From NCBI GenBank assembly GCA_951406725.2, contig OX597824.1:13950001-14014000 (forward strand): a DNA stretch of 64,000 nucleotides, given 5' to 3'. Origin of the DNA: Octopus vulgaris. Lineage: Eukaryota. Position 1 is the stretch's first letter. Each line of letters opens with the position of its first letter. The notes under the pieces are model-generated. The model was not told the DNA's origin. It saw nothing but the letters and a program-made list of their open reading frames with translations, and ran no database searches. Below are positions 25,048 to 40,413 of this stretch, one piece after another. A program made the position numbers and the translations under genes.

Positions 25048-25610
<563 letters not shown>

Positions 25611-25772
25611 AGAGACAGATAGACAAACAGACAGACCGAGAGAGAAACAGAAATGGATGGATGGATGGACGGATGGATGGATGGATGGGTGGGAGGTTTA
25701 GGTTGGTAGGTAGATGGATAGATAGATAGGCAGATATCTATCTGCCTATCTATATATATATATATAGATAGA

Positions 25773-25824
<52 letters not shown>

Positions 25825-26640
25825 TAGACAAACAAACAGACCGAGAGAAAAACAGAGATGGATGGATGGATGGATGGATGGATGGACGTATGGATGGATG
25901 GATGGACGGATCGGTGGTTTGGGTAGGTAGGTAGGTAAATGGACAGATAGATAGATAGATAGATACATACATACATACATACATACATACATACATACAT
26001 ACATACATACATACATACATACATACATACATACATACATACATACATACATACATACATACATACATACATACATACATACATACATACATACATACAT
26101 ACATACATACACATACATACATACATACATACATACATACATACATACATACATACATACATACATACATACATACATACATAGGTAGATAGATAGACAG
26201 AGAGGAAAACAGATGGATGGATAGCTGGATAAACAGACAGACAGGTAAGCAGGTAGGCAGGCAGACAGACAGGCAAGCAGGAAGGCAGACAGACAGACTG
26301 ACAGGCAGGCAGGTAGAAAAAAACAAGAGGTTATGTTAGTGAGTTAGACGACAAGAGACAGAAAGAGTAAAAGTGATGAGAAGTATGCACTGAGCAGGTG
26401 CGCTTCCGTTGATAGAAGCAGATAGAGAGATAGGTAGATAGAGAGAGAGAAAGAGGGAGAGAGAGAGAGAGAGACAGAGAGAGACAGAGAGAAGCACAGT
26501 GTTTATTTTTGTCTCTCATGTGAAATAAACATTCCAGCAGTAGTAGCAGGGTGGGGTGGGGTGGCTTAGGTGTGGCAGAATTTCGTAACAAACTGGGTTA
26601 TTACGTGTAGACAGATCTGTGTTTGTGCATGTGTAATGTG

Positions 26641-26675
<35 letters not shown>

Positions 26676-27093
26676 TGTGTTTGAGTTGTTGCTGTTGTTG
26701 TTATTATTATTGCTGTCATTGTTGTTGATGTTGGTGTTGTTGTTTTTGATGTTGTTGTTGTTGATGTTTAGCTCCGGGTCAGTCCCGATAGCGTAGATCT
26801 GTCATAAAAAGCATTCCAACCGTGACCATCCAGTTTTGTTTGTTTGTTTTTGTTTTTGGTTTATTGCTTGAAGCCTAGAATCACATTATGTCTCTGTATT
26901 TGTGTGTGCGCATATGTGGTGTGTGTGTGTGTGTGTGTTTGCATGTGTGTATATGTGTGTTTGTGTGTGTGTGTGTGTGTGTGTTGTGTGTGTGTGTGCA
27001 TGCGTGTACATATATACATATATGTCTGTGTGCCTCTGTGAGTGTGCCTCTGTGTGTGTGCCTCTGTGTGTGTGCCTCTGTGTGTGTGTATAC

Positions 27094-27165
<72 letters not shown>

Positions 27166-27254
27166 TTAGATGGATTGATGGATGGGTGGATGGGTGGATG
27201 GATGGATGGATGGATGGATGGATGGGTGGATGGGTGGATGGGCAGGTAGGTAAG

Positions 27255-27288
<34 letters not shown>

Positions 27289-27629
27289 CATGCATACAAA
27301 CATACATACATACATACATGCATGCATACATACATACATACATACATACATACATACATACATACATACATACATACATAAATACATAAATACATAGACG
27401 TACAAACATACATACATATACACTCATGTATATTCATGTGTATTCTCTCTCTCTCTATATATATATATATCTGTATACGCGTGTCTGTATGCGTGTAGAA
27501 GTCCCTACGCCATCCGGAAACAGCTATTATAACTCTGATTAGAATCTGTTCTCCCTTCGACACATTGCTTCAGCTGTCATAATTACATCATCATTTTTAC
27601 ATCATCGACAACTTCATCTTCACATCATC

Positions 27630-27672
<43 letters not shown>

Positions 27673-27693
27673 CCATCATTAACTTGGTCGTCG

Positions 27694-27746
<53 letters not shown>

Positions 27747-27807
27747 TTCATCGTCATCATCATCGTCATCATCATCATCATCACCATCATTAACTTGGTC
27801 GTCGTCG

Positions 27808-27863
<56 letters not shown>

Positions 27864-28059
27864 GTTATCGTCATAACGGGTTTGCTTGCCCCTGTAGTGA
27901 TGCTGTGGGTCAGGATGATATGGGTGTAAGAGTACATGCTGGTCTACAGCCCAACAGCAAAGTCAAGCAGACATTTTGCTGTTGTTGTTGTTGTTGTTGC
28001 CGTTGTTGTTGTTGTTGTTGTTCTTGTTACAATAGTTGCTGCTGTCACTACTGATGTTG

Positions 28060-28093
<34 letters not shown>

Positions 28094-28254
28094 CAACAGC
28101 AGCGGCCGCTGCAGCCGGTGGTGTGGTGGTGGTGGTGGTGGTGGTGGCGTTGGCGTGTCCTTTCACCAGACTTGGTCACATGACACAAGCCTAACACTAG
28201 ACGTGACCTTCTGGCAATATCAACAGTCTGATCTTCCATCTCACCGACCACGCT

Positions 28255-28325
<71 letters not shown>

Positions 28326-28647
28326 ACATATATACATAGAACCAGTTTTTGTTCATTCTCTTTATTTACATACTCTATCACCACTATTATCCCCCATCTC
28401 CCCCGCCATTAGAATAATTATTACCATCGCCTGTATCACCCCACCCCCATCACCAACAGCACCATCACCACCATCACCACCATCACCACCATCACCAACA
28501 CCACCATCACCAACACCACCATCGTCTATCACATTCCCTTGCATTCTCTATGTTAATCTAAATCATTATGTAAGCACGTGTATGCATGAATTGCCGCCCT
28601 AACTAAATAGGTAGAGAGATAGACAGACAGACAGATATATAGAGATG

Positions 28648-28805
<158 letters not shown>

Positions 28806-28871
28806 CAAAAAGAGAGAGAGAGATTAAATGCTTCACGTACGAAAATATTAACGCATTCATTTAAATCTCTC

Positions 28872-28920
<49 letters not shown>

Positions 28921-28921
28921 A

Positions 28922-29341
<420 letters not shown>

Positions 29342-29343
29342 GC

Positions 29344-29411
<68 letters not shown>

Positions 29412-29428
29412 ATATACATACATACATG

Positions 29429-29477
<49 letters not shown>

Positions 29478-29861
29478 GCATACGGCCAACAATGATACAA
29501 CGGTGCACTCCTATTCTTCAAGGACACCACTACAGATTGACGCAATATTTATATATACATAGGCGCAGGCATGGCTGTGTAGTAATTTCCCAGATGCGAA
29601 ATTATTTTTCCCTCAAGAGTTCCGGACCCCAGTTATGAACTCATTTGCGTACAGCCAACCAGAGCTCAACTATCAAACAACTAATTTATGAGCGCATAAC
29701 AAGTGATGGGCGATAAGATAAGGTCACATGGGTAAGGAATGACCATGCTTCTTTTCTCTTAATAATGCTTGTTGTTCTTGTTCTTGTTCCAACCATGGCT
29801 GCCTCTGCGTAGTTATGCTGTTTACTTTGTAAAACACTAAGGGGAGAGGGTTGCTAGCACA

Positions 29862-30025
29862 TCACCCTCTACCCAATTTTTTCCATTCACATCTTTATTA
29901 TACGGGGTCCAAACAAAATCCGATAATAGGTATAGATGCAAATCTATCTAATTGTCTCCTTCTAAAATCAGGCATAAACTTGGCGATCGGTCGACTTACA
30001 ACACCGTTCTTCGTCTTGAGTTTAC
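29862..30025 (-). mobile_element. BEL/Pao LTR retrotransposon 3' fragment
   Basis: Minus translation KLKTKNGVVSRPIAK/LCLILEGDN* (frameshifted), then a purine tract (tgggtagagggtga) and a TGT start of a possible LTR at 29861. Confidence 0.55.
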
Positions 30026-30034
30026 TTGGTAGAG

Positions 30035-30290
30035 TGAAGCATGGAACAAACTGCCGGCATCAGTTGTTAGTTGTCGGAGCACTGCATCCTTCAAAACTTC
30101 CATGCTTCCTGAGATTCGCCAACACTACACCTGATTTTCTCCCCTCCATACACACGCAAGCATGTATCTGACTCATACACTGTTCACTTTCCAGACATTT
30201 GTACATTACTGCATGTACTTTATATGCACTTTCTGACAAGTTGTGGTGCACCTGAGCACTGTATACAATAATTTCATTATTATTATTATT
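30035..30290 (+). mobile_element. CR1-group LINE 3' end
   Basis: AWNKLPASVVSCRSTASFKTSMLPEIRQHYT* (WN.LP..VV..SFK motif), 3' UTR and (att)n tail. Confidence 0.75.
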
Positions 30291-30548
30291 AAAAGAGATT
30301 GCTTGTTTTTAACACATTCACGAATCTATGTCGAGCTTTGCGTCTAGGCATAATCTGAGAGCTGATCGGATCTGATCCTCCGTTTTCCGCATGGTTGCCT
30401 CTGCGTAGTTGTTTGTGTACAACAAGGTCAAGCTGAGCTCTGATTGGCTGTATGCAAATGAGTTCGGGGAAAAATTTTGCGTCCCGGATACGAAACGTCG
30501 TAACAAATAACAGTGCTTGGTATGATCTCTATAGAATAGATTCTTTTG

Positions 30549-30756
30549 CTCTTTTACTTGTTTCAGTCATTTGATTGTGGCCATGCTGGAGCACCGCCTT
30601 TAGTCGGGCAAATCGAACCCAGGACTTATTGTTTGTAAGCCTAGTACTTATTCTATCGGTCACTTTTGCTGAACCGCTAAGTTAAGAGGACACAAACACA
30701 CCAGCATCGGTTGTCAAGCGATGTTGGGGGTGGGGACAAGCACAAAACACACAAAC

Positions 30757-30793
<37 letters not shown>

Positions 30794-30966
30794 CATATAT
30801 ACGACGGGCTTGTTTTCAGTTTCCGTCTACCAAATCCACTCACAAGGCTTTGGTCGGCCCAAGGCTATAGTAGAAGACACTTGCTCATGGTGCCATGCAG
30901 TGGAACTGAGACCGGAACCATGTGAAAGGCAAGCAAGCTACTTACCACACGGCCACTCCTACGCCT
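30549..30966 (-). mobile_element. SINE 'family B', full length
   Basis: Complete head-CORE-microsatellite-tail structure. Confidence 0.9.
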
Positions 30967-31109
30967 ATCTGTCGAGATAATCTTAACAAAGTAACGTAAA
31001 AGCTCACTTCTGACACAGTAGAACGTGCTATTGACTTATAAAAAAACATTTAATATAGTTTATAGTGTATTATGGTTGCGCAACGAAATACCACGTGTAC
31101 CCAGTCGTC

Positions 31110-31418
31110 ATTAATATATCACTCAATCGTCTAGACTATCAGATGTTGTGATACACCGCTGGTCACAATGCGCTTCCTCGCATTGTTGTAGCTCTCGCAT
31201 GCTGCCAAACCGCTGGATAAGCACTGGGCGGGCCGGACAACGTTTCCCCGACCAGAACGCTAGTCCGTCGCAGGGTTATCCATTTACGGGTACGTAGACT
31301 GGAGCAACGAGAAATGAAGTGTTTTGCTCGAGAGCACGACGCACCGCCGGTCTGGGAATCGAAACCCAGATCCTGCAATCATGCGTGCGACAACCCAACA
31401 ACTAAGCCACGCGCCTCC
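31110..31418 (-). mobile_element. SINE 'family D'
   Basis: Reverse complement head ggaggcgcgtggcttagttgttggg; tail gcgcattgtgaccagcggtgtatcacaacatctg shared with the family C copy at 9698. Confidence 0.7.
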
Positions 31419-31736
31419 ACACGCACACACACACACACACACACGCACACACATACATACACAGATTTTATAAATATGTATATATATATATACACAAACA
31501 CACATACATACATACACAGGTTTGATATATATATATATATAATGTATATACATACATACATAGCGAGAAGTTGAGGTTATAAGAGATAGTGGTGTCATTG
31601 AGACCCAAAGGTGTCAGGTAATGCTGAATAAGTGTTATAGACAGACTATAGTTAAGTTCCAGGTTCGGTGATTTTGCGAATAAAGGGTTCAACGTTGGTT
31701 CTATGTCAGCGTGTCTATATAAGAAGTTTTTACGTA

Positions 31737-31875
31737 ATAAGATGAAAAACCAAGGCTTTATAGATGTTAGAGCATTTATAGATTGATATCTATAAATGCT
31801 CTAATATCTATAGATTTATAGATATCTATCTATAAATGCTCTAATATTTATATAGCCTTGGTTTTTTATTCTTAT
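31737..31875. repeat. AT-rich fold-back palindrome adjacent to (TA)n
   Basis: aaaaaccaaggct..ttagagcatttataga / tctataaatgctctaa..agccttggttttt. Confidence 0.75.
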
Positions 31876-32302
31876 ATATATACATACATATACACACACA
31901 TATATACATACAGACAGACAGACAGACACTTATACAATACATACATGCACACATATGTTCGTATACATAGACGTAACGTTTATAAATGACCAAATATGGC
32001 TTATCACATGATCAGTCGATGCCTATTACCCGTTTCGGTAAAGAAAATCTATATTGCAAGCAAACTGGTTTGACGTTTGTAATATAACAAATATTTTACT
32101 CGCCCTAACCAATTCCACTCCTAAAGTGCGAAATACGAACAAATTATTTTAACTGTTTGCCTTGTGTTAAGTAAACGAAACACCTGCCAATTAAGAATGT
32201 CTGCACCTTGTGTAAGCAGACCAACGAAGCTTCATTAGCAAGCGCATCACTTTTATCTATGTTTGCGTCATGTTTTTATACAGTATTAGGGGTCTTTTTG
32301 TT

Positions 32303-32708
32303 ACTCTTTTACTTGTTTTACTTGTTTCAGTCAATTGGCAGCGGCCATGCTGGAGCACCGCCTTTAGTCGAGCAAATCGACCCCCCAGGACTTATTCTTT
32401 GTAAGCCTAGTACTTATTCTATCGGTCTGTTTTGCCGAACCGCTAAGTTACGAGGACGTAGACACATCAGCATCGGTTGTCAAGCAATGTTGGGGGGACA
32501 AACACAGACACACAAATACATACACACACATACATACATACATACATACATATATACGACGGGCTTCTTTCAGTTTCCGTCTACCAAATCCACTCACAAG
32601 GCTTTGATCGGCCGCAGGCTATAGTAGAAGATACTTGCCCAAGGTGCCACGCAGTGGGAATGAACCCGGAACCATGTGGTTCGTAAGCAAGCAGCTTACC
32701 ATACAGCC
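32303..32708 (-). mobile_element. SINE 'family B'
   Basis: Near full-length match to other B copies. Confidence 0.9.
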
Positions 32709-32814
32709 TTTTTTCATCTTTTACTTATTTTAGTCGACTATGGTCATGCTGAAACACGGTGTATGTGTGTGTGCGTGTGTGTGTATTTGGAAATATAAGT
32801 AGAGATGACTTCTT

Positions 32815-32911
32815 GGGGGGTAATTTTTATTTTAAAAATAATGTTTACAGTGAGTAAACCTTATTATTTAACTCATTGTAAACATTATTATTAAAATGAA
32901 AATTACCTCCC
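32815..32911. repeat. Fold-back palindrome (~42-bp arms)
   Basis: gggtaatttttattttaaaaataatgtttacagtgagt / actcattgtaaacattattattaaaatgaaaattacc. Confidence 0.75.
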
Positions 32912-32987
32912 ACCCCAAAAAAAGCCGTCTCTACACATTTTTTTTCAAATATATAATTCTGTATCAAGAACCTTCTTTTTATTATTC

Positions 32988-33052
<65 letters not shown>

Positions 33053-33277
33053 TTAAAAACAGTATTCTCTGTATAGAATACACTTCGTAATGCTCAAGAG
33101 ACTTGAACTTGAGCAGGTAGAGGCGTAAAAGTAAGGACAAGCAAGTCGATATACAAAAAATATTTAATACATTCAATAGAAAAGATGTACATATGTACAC
33201 ATGTAAAAAAAAAGTCCGACTTACACAGAATAGAAATGGTATCAGGAATTAAGGGAGTTGAATAGCAGCTTTACGAG

Positions 33278-33363
33278 TCCAACAGCTGTTTCTGGGGGCG
33301 GTCCAAAGTAATACTTGTAACTTGATGCCATCATCGGATACTATCAGCCTCCGTCTTCAGGGA
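33278..33363 (-). ncRNA. Hammerhead ribozyme-like fold with extended stem II
   Basis: Reverse complement tcc-CTGAAGA-c-ggaggc..(insert)..gccccc-a-GAAAC-agct-GTT-gga. Confidence 0.6.
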
Positions 33364-33988
33364 AGAATTTTACATTTGAGGTGTTTTGACAGAATTGAGA
33401 AAAGTTATCAAAATGACACAATGATCGAGTTTTCGTACATTGCACTTACCAAATAAATGTGTGTTTGCGAAGGGTGTCTATGTAGAGAGAGCGGAATGTC
33501 CAATTTTTAATCAAACTCTGTATTTCTGCTTTCGAAAATAGCTTTTAAAGCTACAAATAGCGTCTCCTATGCTCTACGCTTCAGAGACTTAATCTTTGTT
33601 ATGTTTATTATGTTTAACTGAAATATAAATAAACGACATGACATTATACGAAGTGCAAATTATTTAAAATGGCTTATAAATTGGTTATTGTCTTTGGACT
33701 TTGACTGAATGAAATCTAATAGCTAAAATAAGGAAGTTTTGTTCTTATTTATAAGCATGTGTAGTATCCATGAGTGTATGTACGTGTGTGTATCTCTGTT
33801 CATGTGTCTATGTGTCAGTATGCGTGTTTATGTATATATGATTACACATAAGTTTGTATACATCTATGTATATAAGTTTGTATACATCTATGGATATAAA
33901 TAAATATATGTGTATTACACATGTATGTACGTTTAACTATTTACATATATATGTTCACACGTATACATGTATATTCATATATAGGCAC

Positions 33989-34019
<31 letters not shown>

Positions 34020-34125
34020 TTCGTACATATATATATACTATATATATATACTATATATATATATAGGAGCATATATATATGTGTGTGTGTATGTGTATGT
34101 GCCTTGTAGGTATATACGTACATAC

Positions 34126-34172
<47 letters not shown>

Positions 34173-34584
34173 TGTATGTATGTATGTATGTATGTATGTA
34201 TGTATACACATTTATGTATATATGAATGAATGTACATATGTACACGAAATAGCTAATCAACAATACAGCTTTATATTCGTTCTGCAACTAACACAAATAT
34301 TGAGCTGCTGAACTGTTTGCGTTGAAATACGCATAAAATATCTATTAAAGGTTTTTCTGTGTTCAAAGATTTTTCTATGTTCAAATATAAAACTACTTAA
34401 AATCAAGCAAAAGCAAAGCTTGTGTGTCAAAATATATACACTGACACAAGATTATTTCTTACGACATAGAAATTTCTACATACATGCATGCCTACATACA
34501 GGCATGCATACATACATACAAACAAACATACATACATACATACATACATACATACACACATACATACATACATACATACATACA

Positions 34585-34614
<30 letters not shown>

Positions 34615-34615
<1 letters not shown>

Positions 34616-34823
34616 GCTGAAAAGTTCTTGGCTTTAAGAGTATCGCTAAAGATCTGGCTGGTGGCCCAGCATTGCTATTTCTTTTACAGATCATAGAAAA
34701 ACTGAAGGACCGCTGCAATAAGTGTGTGAATCTGAGAGGGGAATATGTTGAATAAAATCATAATTAACTGATCCTCCTGTATTTTTTAAGACCAAAGTCA
34801 GAACCTTTTCAGCACCCTTCGTA
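34615..34823 (+). mobile_element. Internally deleted mariner (MITE)
   Basis: TIRs tgctgaaaagttcttggcttt / aaagtcagaaccttttcagcacccttcg-ta. C-terminal remnant IEKLKDRCNKCVNLRGEYVE*. Confidence 0.8.
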
Positions 34824-36039
34824 TATACATACATAATACATACATACATAATATATACATACATACCTACATAATACATACCTACATAATACATACATAC
34901 ATAATACATACATAATACATACATACATACATACACACATAATACATACATACATACATACATACATACATACATACATACATACATACGTACGTGTATA
35001 CATACATACATACATACATACATACATACATACATACATACATACATACATACATAAATGCATGCGTACATACATATATATGCATGCATTTCTGCTACAG
35101 GAAATTAAGAAGACTGTGGCAGAAACATTTAGCAGTTGAACCCGGATCACTATATCCGTTGTAGGATATACAACTTGAGAATCACGATTCGCTAGAATAT
35201 TTGCTACGTCTTATAAGAAAGTCTGATCATTCATGACTTCGCGTGGAACAGGATGTAACAAAATTTCATCTTTGACGCGCTTTTTCTTAGCCCAACCACC
35301 ATTATATTTCAGTGCATTTTAGCCACCACCAACCGACGGTGGACGACAGGAATAAAGAGACAGTAACAGAAGCATCGTCTGGGCAGAGCGCTGTGCCGAC
35401 ACAGAAACAATGAACGAATGGCGATAGCAACACACAATGACCAGCTAACATTCTGACAACTATTACTATCATACCTAGTTCAAAAACAGTAAGCTTCGAA
35501 TTATTTGATGTTTTATGGTTTGTAGTAACGAAAACATTTTTTTATTTACGTTAAGAATAAATATCCTTTTATCAAAAGCCTCAAGCAGATTTCAGTGTTT
35601 TTTTTTATCGTAACAAGGCTATAGTTACACATCAATGTGTTTCATTAAGTGTATAACTGATGGCACCCATTTTCTCTTAAGCTATGTTTAACCATTCCTT
35701 TGTTTCTGCTCTTCTGCTTGATGCGCTGGGAAATATGCCAGATATATGAAATACCGATAACAATGGTTCAGGATAAACACAACTGGTTTGCTCCGATTGT
35801 AGCACTCTGTGCTGACAGTGTGTACCGGTTTACTCCAATTCTGCCTCTTTTCCCGGCTAGCAGTAACTGGAGTGGGAAACCTGTCAGACGAGGTACGTTC
35901 TTCTCTGGTCCCAGTTCCATTTACACTTATTTGAATCATTGTTTTGCATCATTTCATTAATCAGTTAGGTTTATGCGGGTTTTCCCTCACACGAGTATTC
36001 TTTTCATGACACCCTCACTAGGAGGGCTACCAACCAAGA

Positions 36040-36200
36040 CTAAAGTCGCCCGAGTGTTATTGTTGGGGATGCCTCGGGTATTATTATTACCAAGATCACA
36101 AACGAGATTGAAAAGATAGGGGTAAATGTGAAGATAGGGCATCTACAGAAAACAGTCTTATTTGGAAACGTATGGATTGTCTGAATGAAAAGCGTTCGGA
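36040..36200 (+). mobile_element. Decayed R4/Dong-type (RLE) LINE C-terminal fragment
   Basis: VIVGDASGIIITKITNEIEKIGVNVKIGHLQKTVLFG resembles the RLE-LINE terminal V.GALG..LQK..L.GT motif. Confidence 0.5.
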
Positions 36201-37229
36201 GAGCTGTCACGTTTTTGCATTCTCAAGTCAAGTGACTCTGTTAAACAACAACAACAAGACGACCACATAAGGCTGAAATTTCGTAGGGGCTATTCGATTA
36301 CACCAATCCCAATGCTCAGTTGGTCCTTAATTTGTCGACCCCTAAAGGATTAAGGGCAAAGTCGACCTCGGCGGAATTTGAACTCAAGACTTAAAGCCGG
36401 AGGAAATATTGCTAAACTATACACTTGTATATTGAATATTTTCAAAAACAACAGGCAAAAGAAAAAACAAATACCAAAACGCTACTCAAGGTAGAGTAGA
36501 AGCAACTTTTTAGTAAAACCCTGTGAAACGCAAACATCTGATAGGTGAATTTGTAATGAGAAAAATAACCTTTAAGTTTCCAAATTCATAGGTACGCATA
36601 TTAAATTTAATTTACTAGTTTAATCATAACGCTGTTTTTTATTTTTATTTTTCTCCCACATGGGAAGATTCTAAATTTGAAAGCAGGTAACGTTTCACTT
36701 ACTGGCAGGGACTTCCCCACCAACGCTGCAAAAGCCGTTTCGGCCGTTTCGGGTGGACATACTGAAGCCCATCAATGTGATTGACTGGCTACTTTCACTT
36801 TCCTTTTCCTCATGTACATTTCCACTCGTGGTTCCACATATTTTCTTCTTTTCCACATTTCCCCGGTATATATTTGCAACATTCTAACTGCAACCACCTA
36901 CTGAGCATATTTTTCATGTTTTCACGCCCCATACCCAAGTGAATTTCGTGCAAGGCGTTTCTATTTGCTTTTGCTGATGTTGTATTAGTTGTATTACAGC
37001 GTATGTGTACCGCTGCGTATACCTGTGTGCGTATGTGTGTACGTGTGTGTATGTGAGGGCGAGTATGTCTATATGCGTGTGTATATTATGTATGTGATCA
37101 CAAGCATTACTAATTCCGCATATAAACGTTTCATATTGCCAGCACTTAAGGAGGTTAGTGCGATCGCTTACAAGAGTTTTCATACGCATATTCACACACA
37201 TGCATAGGTATCCATGAATACACACATAT

Positions 37230-37410
<181 letters not shown>

Positions 37411-37426
37411 CACGGTAAAATAATCC

Positions 37427-37818
37427 TTTCTACTATAGGCACAAGACCTGAAATTTGGTGGGGAGACTAGTCGATTACATCGACCCCAGTGTTTCTCTGG
37501 CACATATTTTACCGACCCCGAAAGGATAAAAAGCAAATTCGACAACGGTGGAATTTGAACTCAGAACGTAGCGGCAGACGAAATACCTATTTCTTTACTA
37601 CTCACAAGGGGCTAAACATAGAGAGGACAAACAAGGACAGACAAACGGATTAAGTGGATTATATCGACCCCAGTGCGTAACTGGTACTTATTTAATCAAC
37701 CCCTAAAGGATGAAAGGCAAAGTCGATCTCAGTGGAATTTGAACTCAGAACGTAGCGGCGGACGAAATACCTCTAAGTATTTCGCCCGGCGAGCTAATGA
37801 TTCTGCCAGCTCGCCGCC
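37427..37818 (-). mobile_element. SINE 'family A' dimer with 17-bp TSD
   Basis: acacggtaaaataatcc at 37410-37426 and 37823-37839. Confidence 0.9.
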
Positions 37819-37867
37819 ATAAACACGGTAAAATAATCCCGTAATTCTGTAATTACATACATGAGAG

Positions 37868-37942
<75 letters not shown>

Positions 37943-37968
37943 GATAAGATAGATAGACAGACAGACAT

Positions 37969-38061
<93 letters not shown>

Positions 38062-38559
38062 CATGTGTGAGAGAGAAGTAGAGAGCGAGAAAGTGCGCGT
38101 CTCATAATACGCACACACACACACACACACACATACACGTACTCATCCCTATGCACACATATATACTGAATATATCAGCGTATGTGTGTGAAAGAGCGTG
38201 TACGTTTATGTGTGCGCATAATTGAAAAGTAATCTTGCAGCTAGTTTAATATTTGGTGGGGAAAGAGAACTTATCTCTGGTCTTCGAGTTACCTGTAAGT
38301 CAGTCAGTGGTCTACTGTGCGATGGTAGAATTATTCTAAGAATGTTTCGTCTTGCCATCTTTTGTTTTATGTTTTATATATGTTTCTCTCTTGGATGCTA
38401 GCTGCTCCGTTGCCATAGTTACAGAAAAGCACCGACAAACATTCAGAATTGGGCTGTTTGTGCTGTTCGCTTACGTTGCTTCTATCGTTTGAAATATTAG
38501 ATAAAAAAAAAACGTGAGGGGAACACACTTCCCGCTTTCACTTCTAATTACGTGTCCTA

Positions 38560-38630
<71 letters not shown>

Positions 38631-38720
38631 CGTGCGTGCACGTGCCACTTATATAAATATATATGGAGGAAGCGTATGTATATTTGTGTGTGTATGTATA
38701 TATATGAGTATACATCATAG

Positions 38721-38763
<43 letters not shown>

Positions 38764-38829
38764 CCTTCTGTGTTTTCTGTTCGTCTGTGTATTTAGTATG
38801 TATTCGTATGTTTGATTTCTACACGAGTT

Positions 38830-39047
38830 TTTGGCAGCGTCGTTAGAACACCGGGGTGAAATGCTTAGACGTATTTCGTCTGCTGTTACGTTCTGAGTTC
38901 AAACTCCGCCGAGATCGACTTTACCTTTTATCCTTACGGGGTCGATTAAATAAGTACCAGTTACTCACTGAGATCAATGTAATCGACTTAATGCCTTAGT
39001 CTGTCCTTATTTGTACCCTCTATGTTTAGCACCCCTGTGGGCAATAA
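38830..39047 (+). mobile_element. SINE 'family A' monomer (tail1)
   Basis: Body plus ..ccctgtgggcaataaa tail. Confidence 0.8.
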
Positions 39048-39057
39048 ACCATTATAA

Positions 39058-39092
<35 letters not shown>

Positions 39093-39184
39093 AAAACAGG
39101 TATGTCATATTTTCCGTTTGTTGCCTTTTATTTAATCCTGAAAAATATTATTTATGTAACGCAAGCACTTATTCATTTTAAACT

Positions 39185-39229
<45 letters not shown>

Positions 39230-39244
39230 TATACATACACACAT

Positions 39245-39314
<70 letters not shown>

Positions 39315-39376
39315 GGCGGTGGTCCAGCATGGCCGCAATCAAATGACTGAAACAAGTAAAATAATAAAATATGAAA

Positions 39377-39422
<46 letters not shown>

Positions 39423-39502
39423 CACCACACCAACCAAGTACTCTCTTCCATGTATAAATATATAAATATAAACATATATAAGTATATGCTAGCAGATATA
39501 TT

Positions 39503-39893
39503 TATTTCTTTATTGCCCACAGGGGGCTAAACATAGAGGGGACAAACAAGGACAGACAAAAAGATTAAGTCGATTATTTCGACCCCAGTACATAACTGGT
39601 ACTTATTTAATCGACTCCGAAAGGATGAAAGGCAAAGTCGACTTCGGCGGAATTCGAACTCAGAACGTAACGGCAGACGAAATACCTGTATCTTTACTAC
39701 CCACAAGGGGCTAAACATAGAGGGGACAAACAAGGACAGACAAACGGATTAAGTCGATTATATCGACCCCAGTGCGTAACTGGTACTTAATTTATCGACC
39801 CCAAAAGGACGAAATGAATGTCGATCTCAGCGGCAGACGAAATAACGCTAAACATTTGGCCCGGCGTACTAACGATTCTGCCAGCTCGCCCTC
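39503..39893 (-). mobile_element. SINE 'family A' dimer (tail1 twice; internal deletion in the first body)
   Basis: Two tail1 units with the gaaatacc junction. Confidence 0.85.
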
Positions 39894-40353
39894 CTTTATA
39901 TAAGCTTATATATTAGCATATACATATGTTTGTGTATGCATTTATGCATGTATATATATGTATGTATGTGTGTGTATGTATGTATGTATGTATCTATGTA
40001 AGTATGTATGTATGTATATATGTATGATAAAGTGTTGTTTACCTGTTGCCAGGTCACCTCCGTTGTTGCGCAAATAGCTAAACTGTTCTTCATCTGATTG
40101 ATATCGCAGTCTGTATTGTAATGTATATATATATATATATATATATATGCACGCCTATTTCTAGATTACCCAGTTCCTGCATTACACAGAGATAACAGCC
40201 TGGATTTGGACCAGGCAATAGATTAGCTTCATACTTCATCTCCCTTGATTCCAATCACAGTGTCCTGTTCTGATGTTTTCTCTCTCAGGATTCTATTAAA
40301 TAAAAACCCATAAAGCATACACACACACATAAACAAATACACACGTACACACA

Positions 40354-40413
<60 letters not shown>

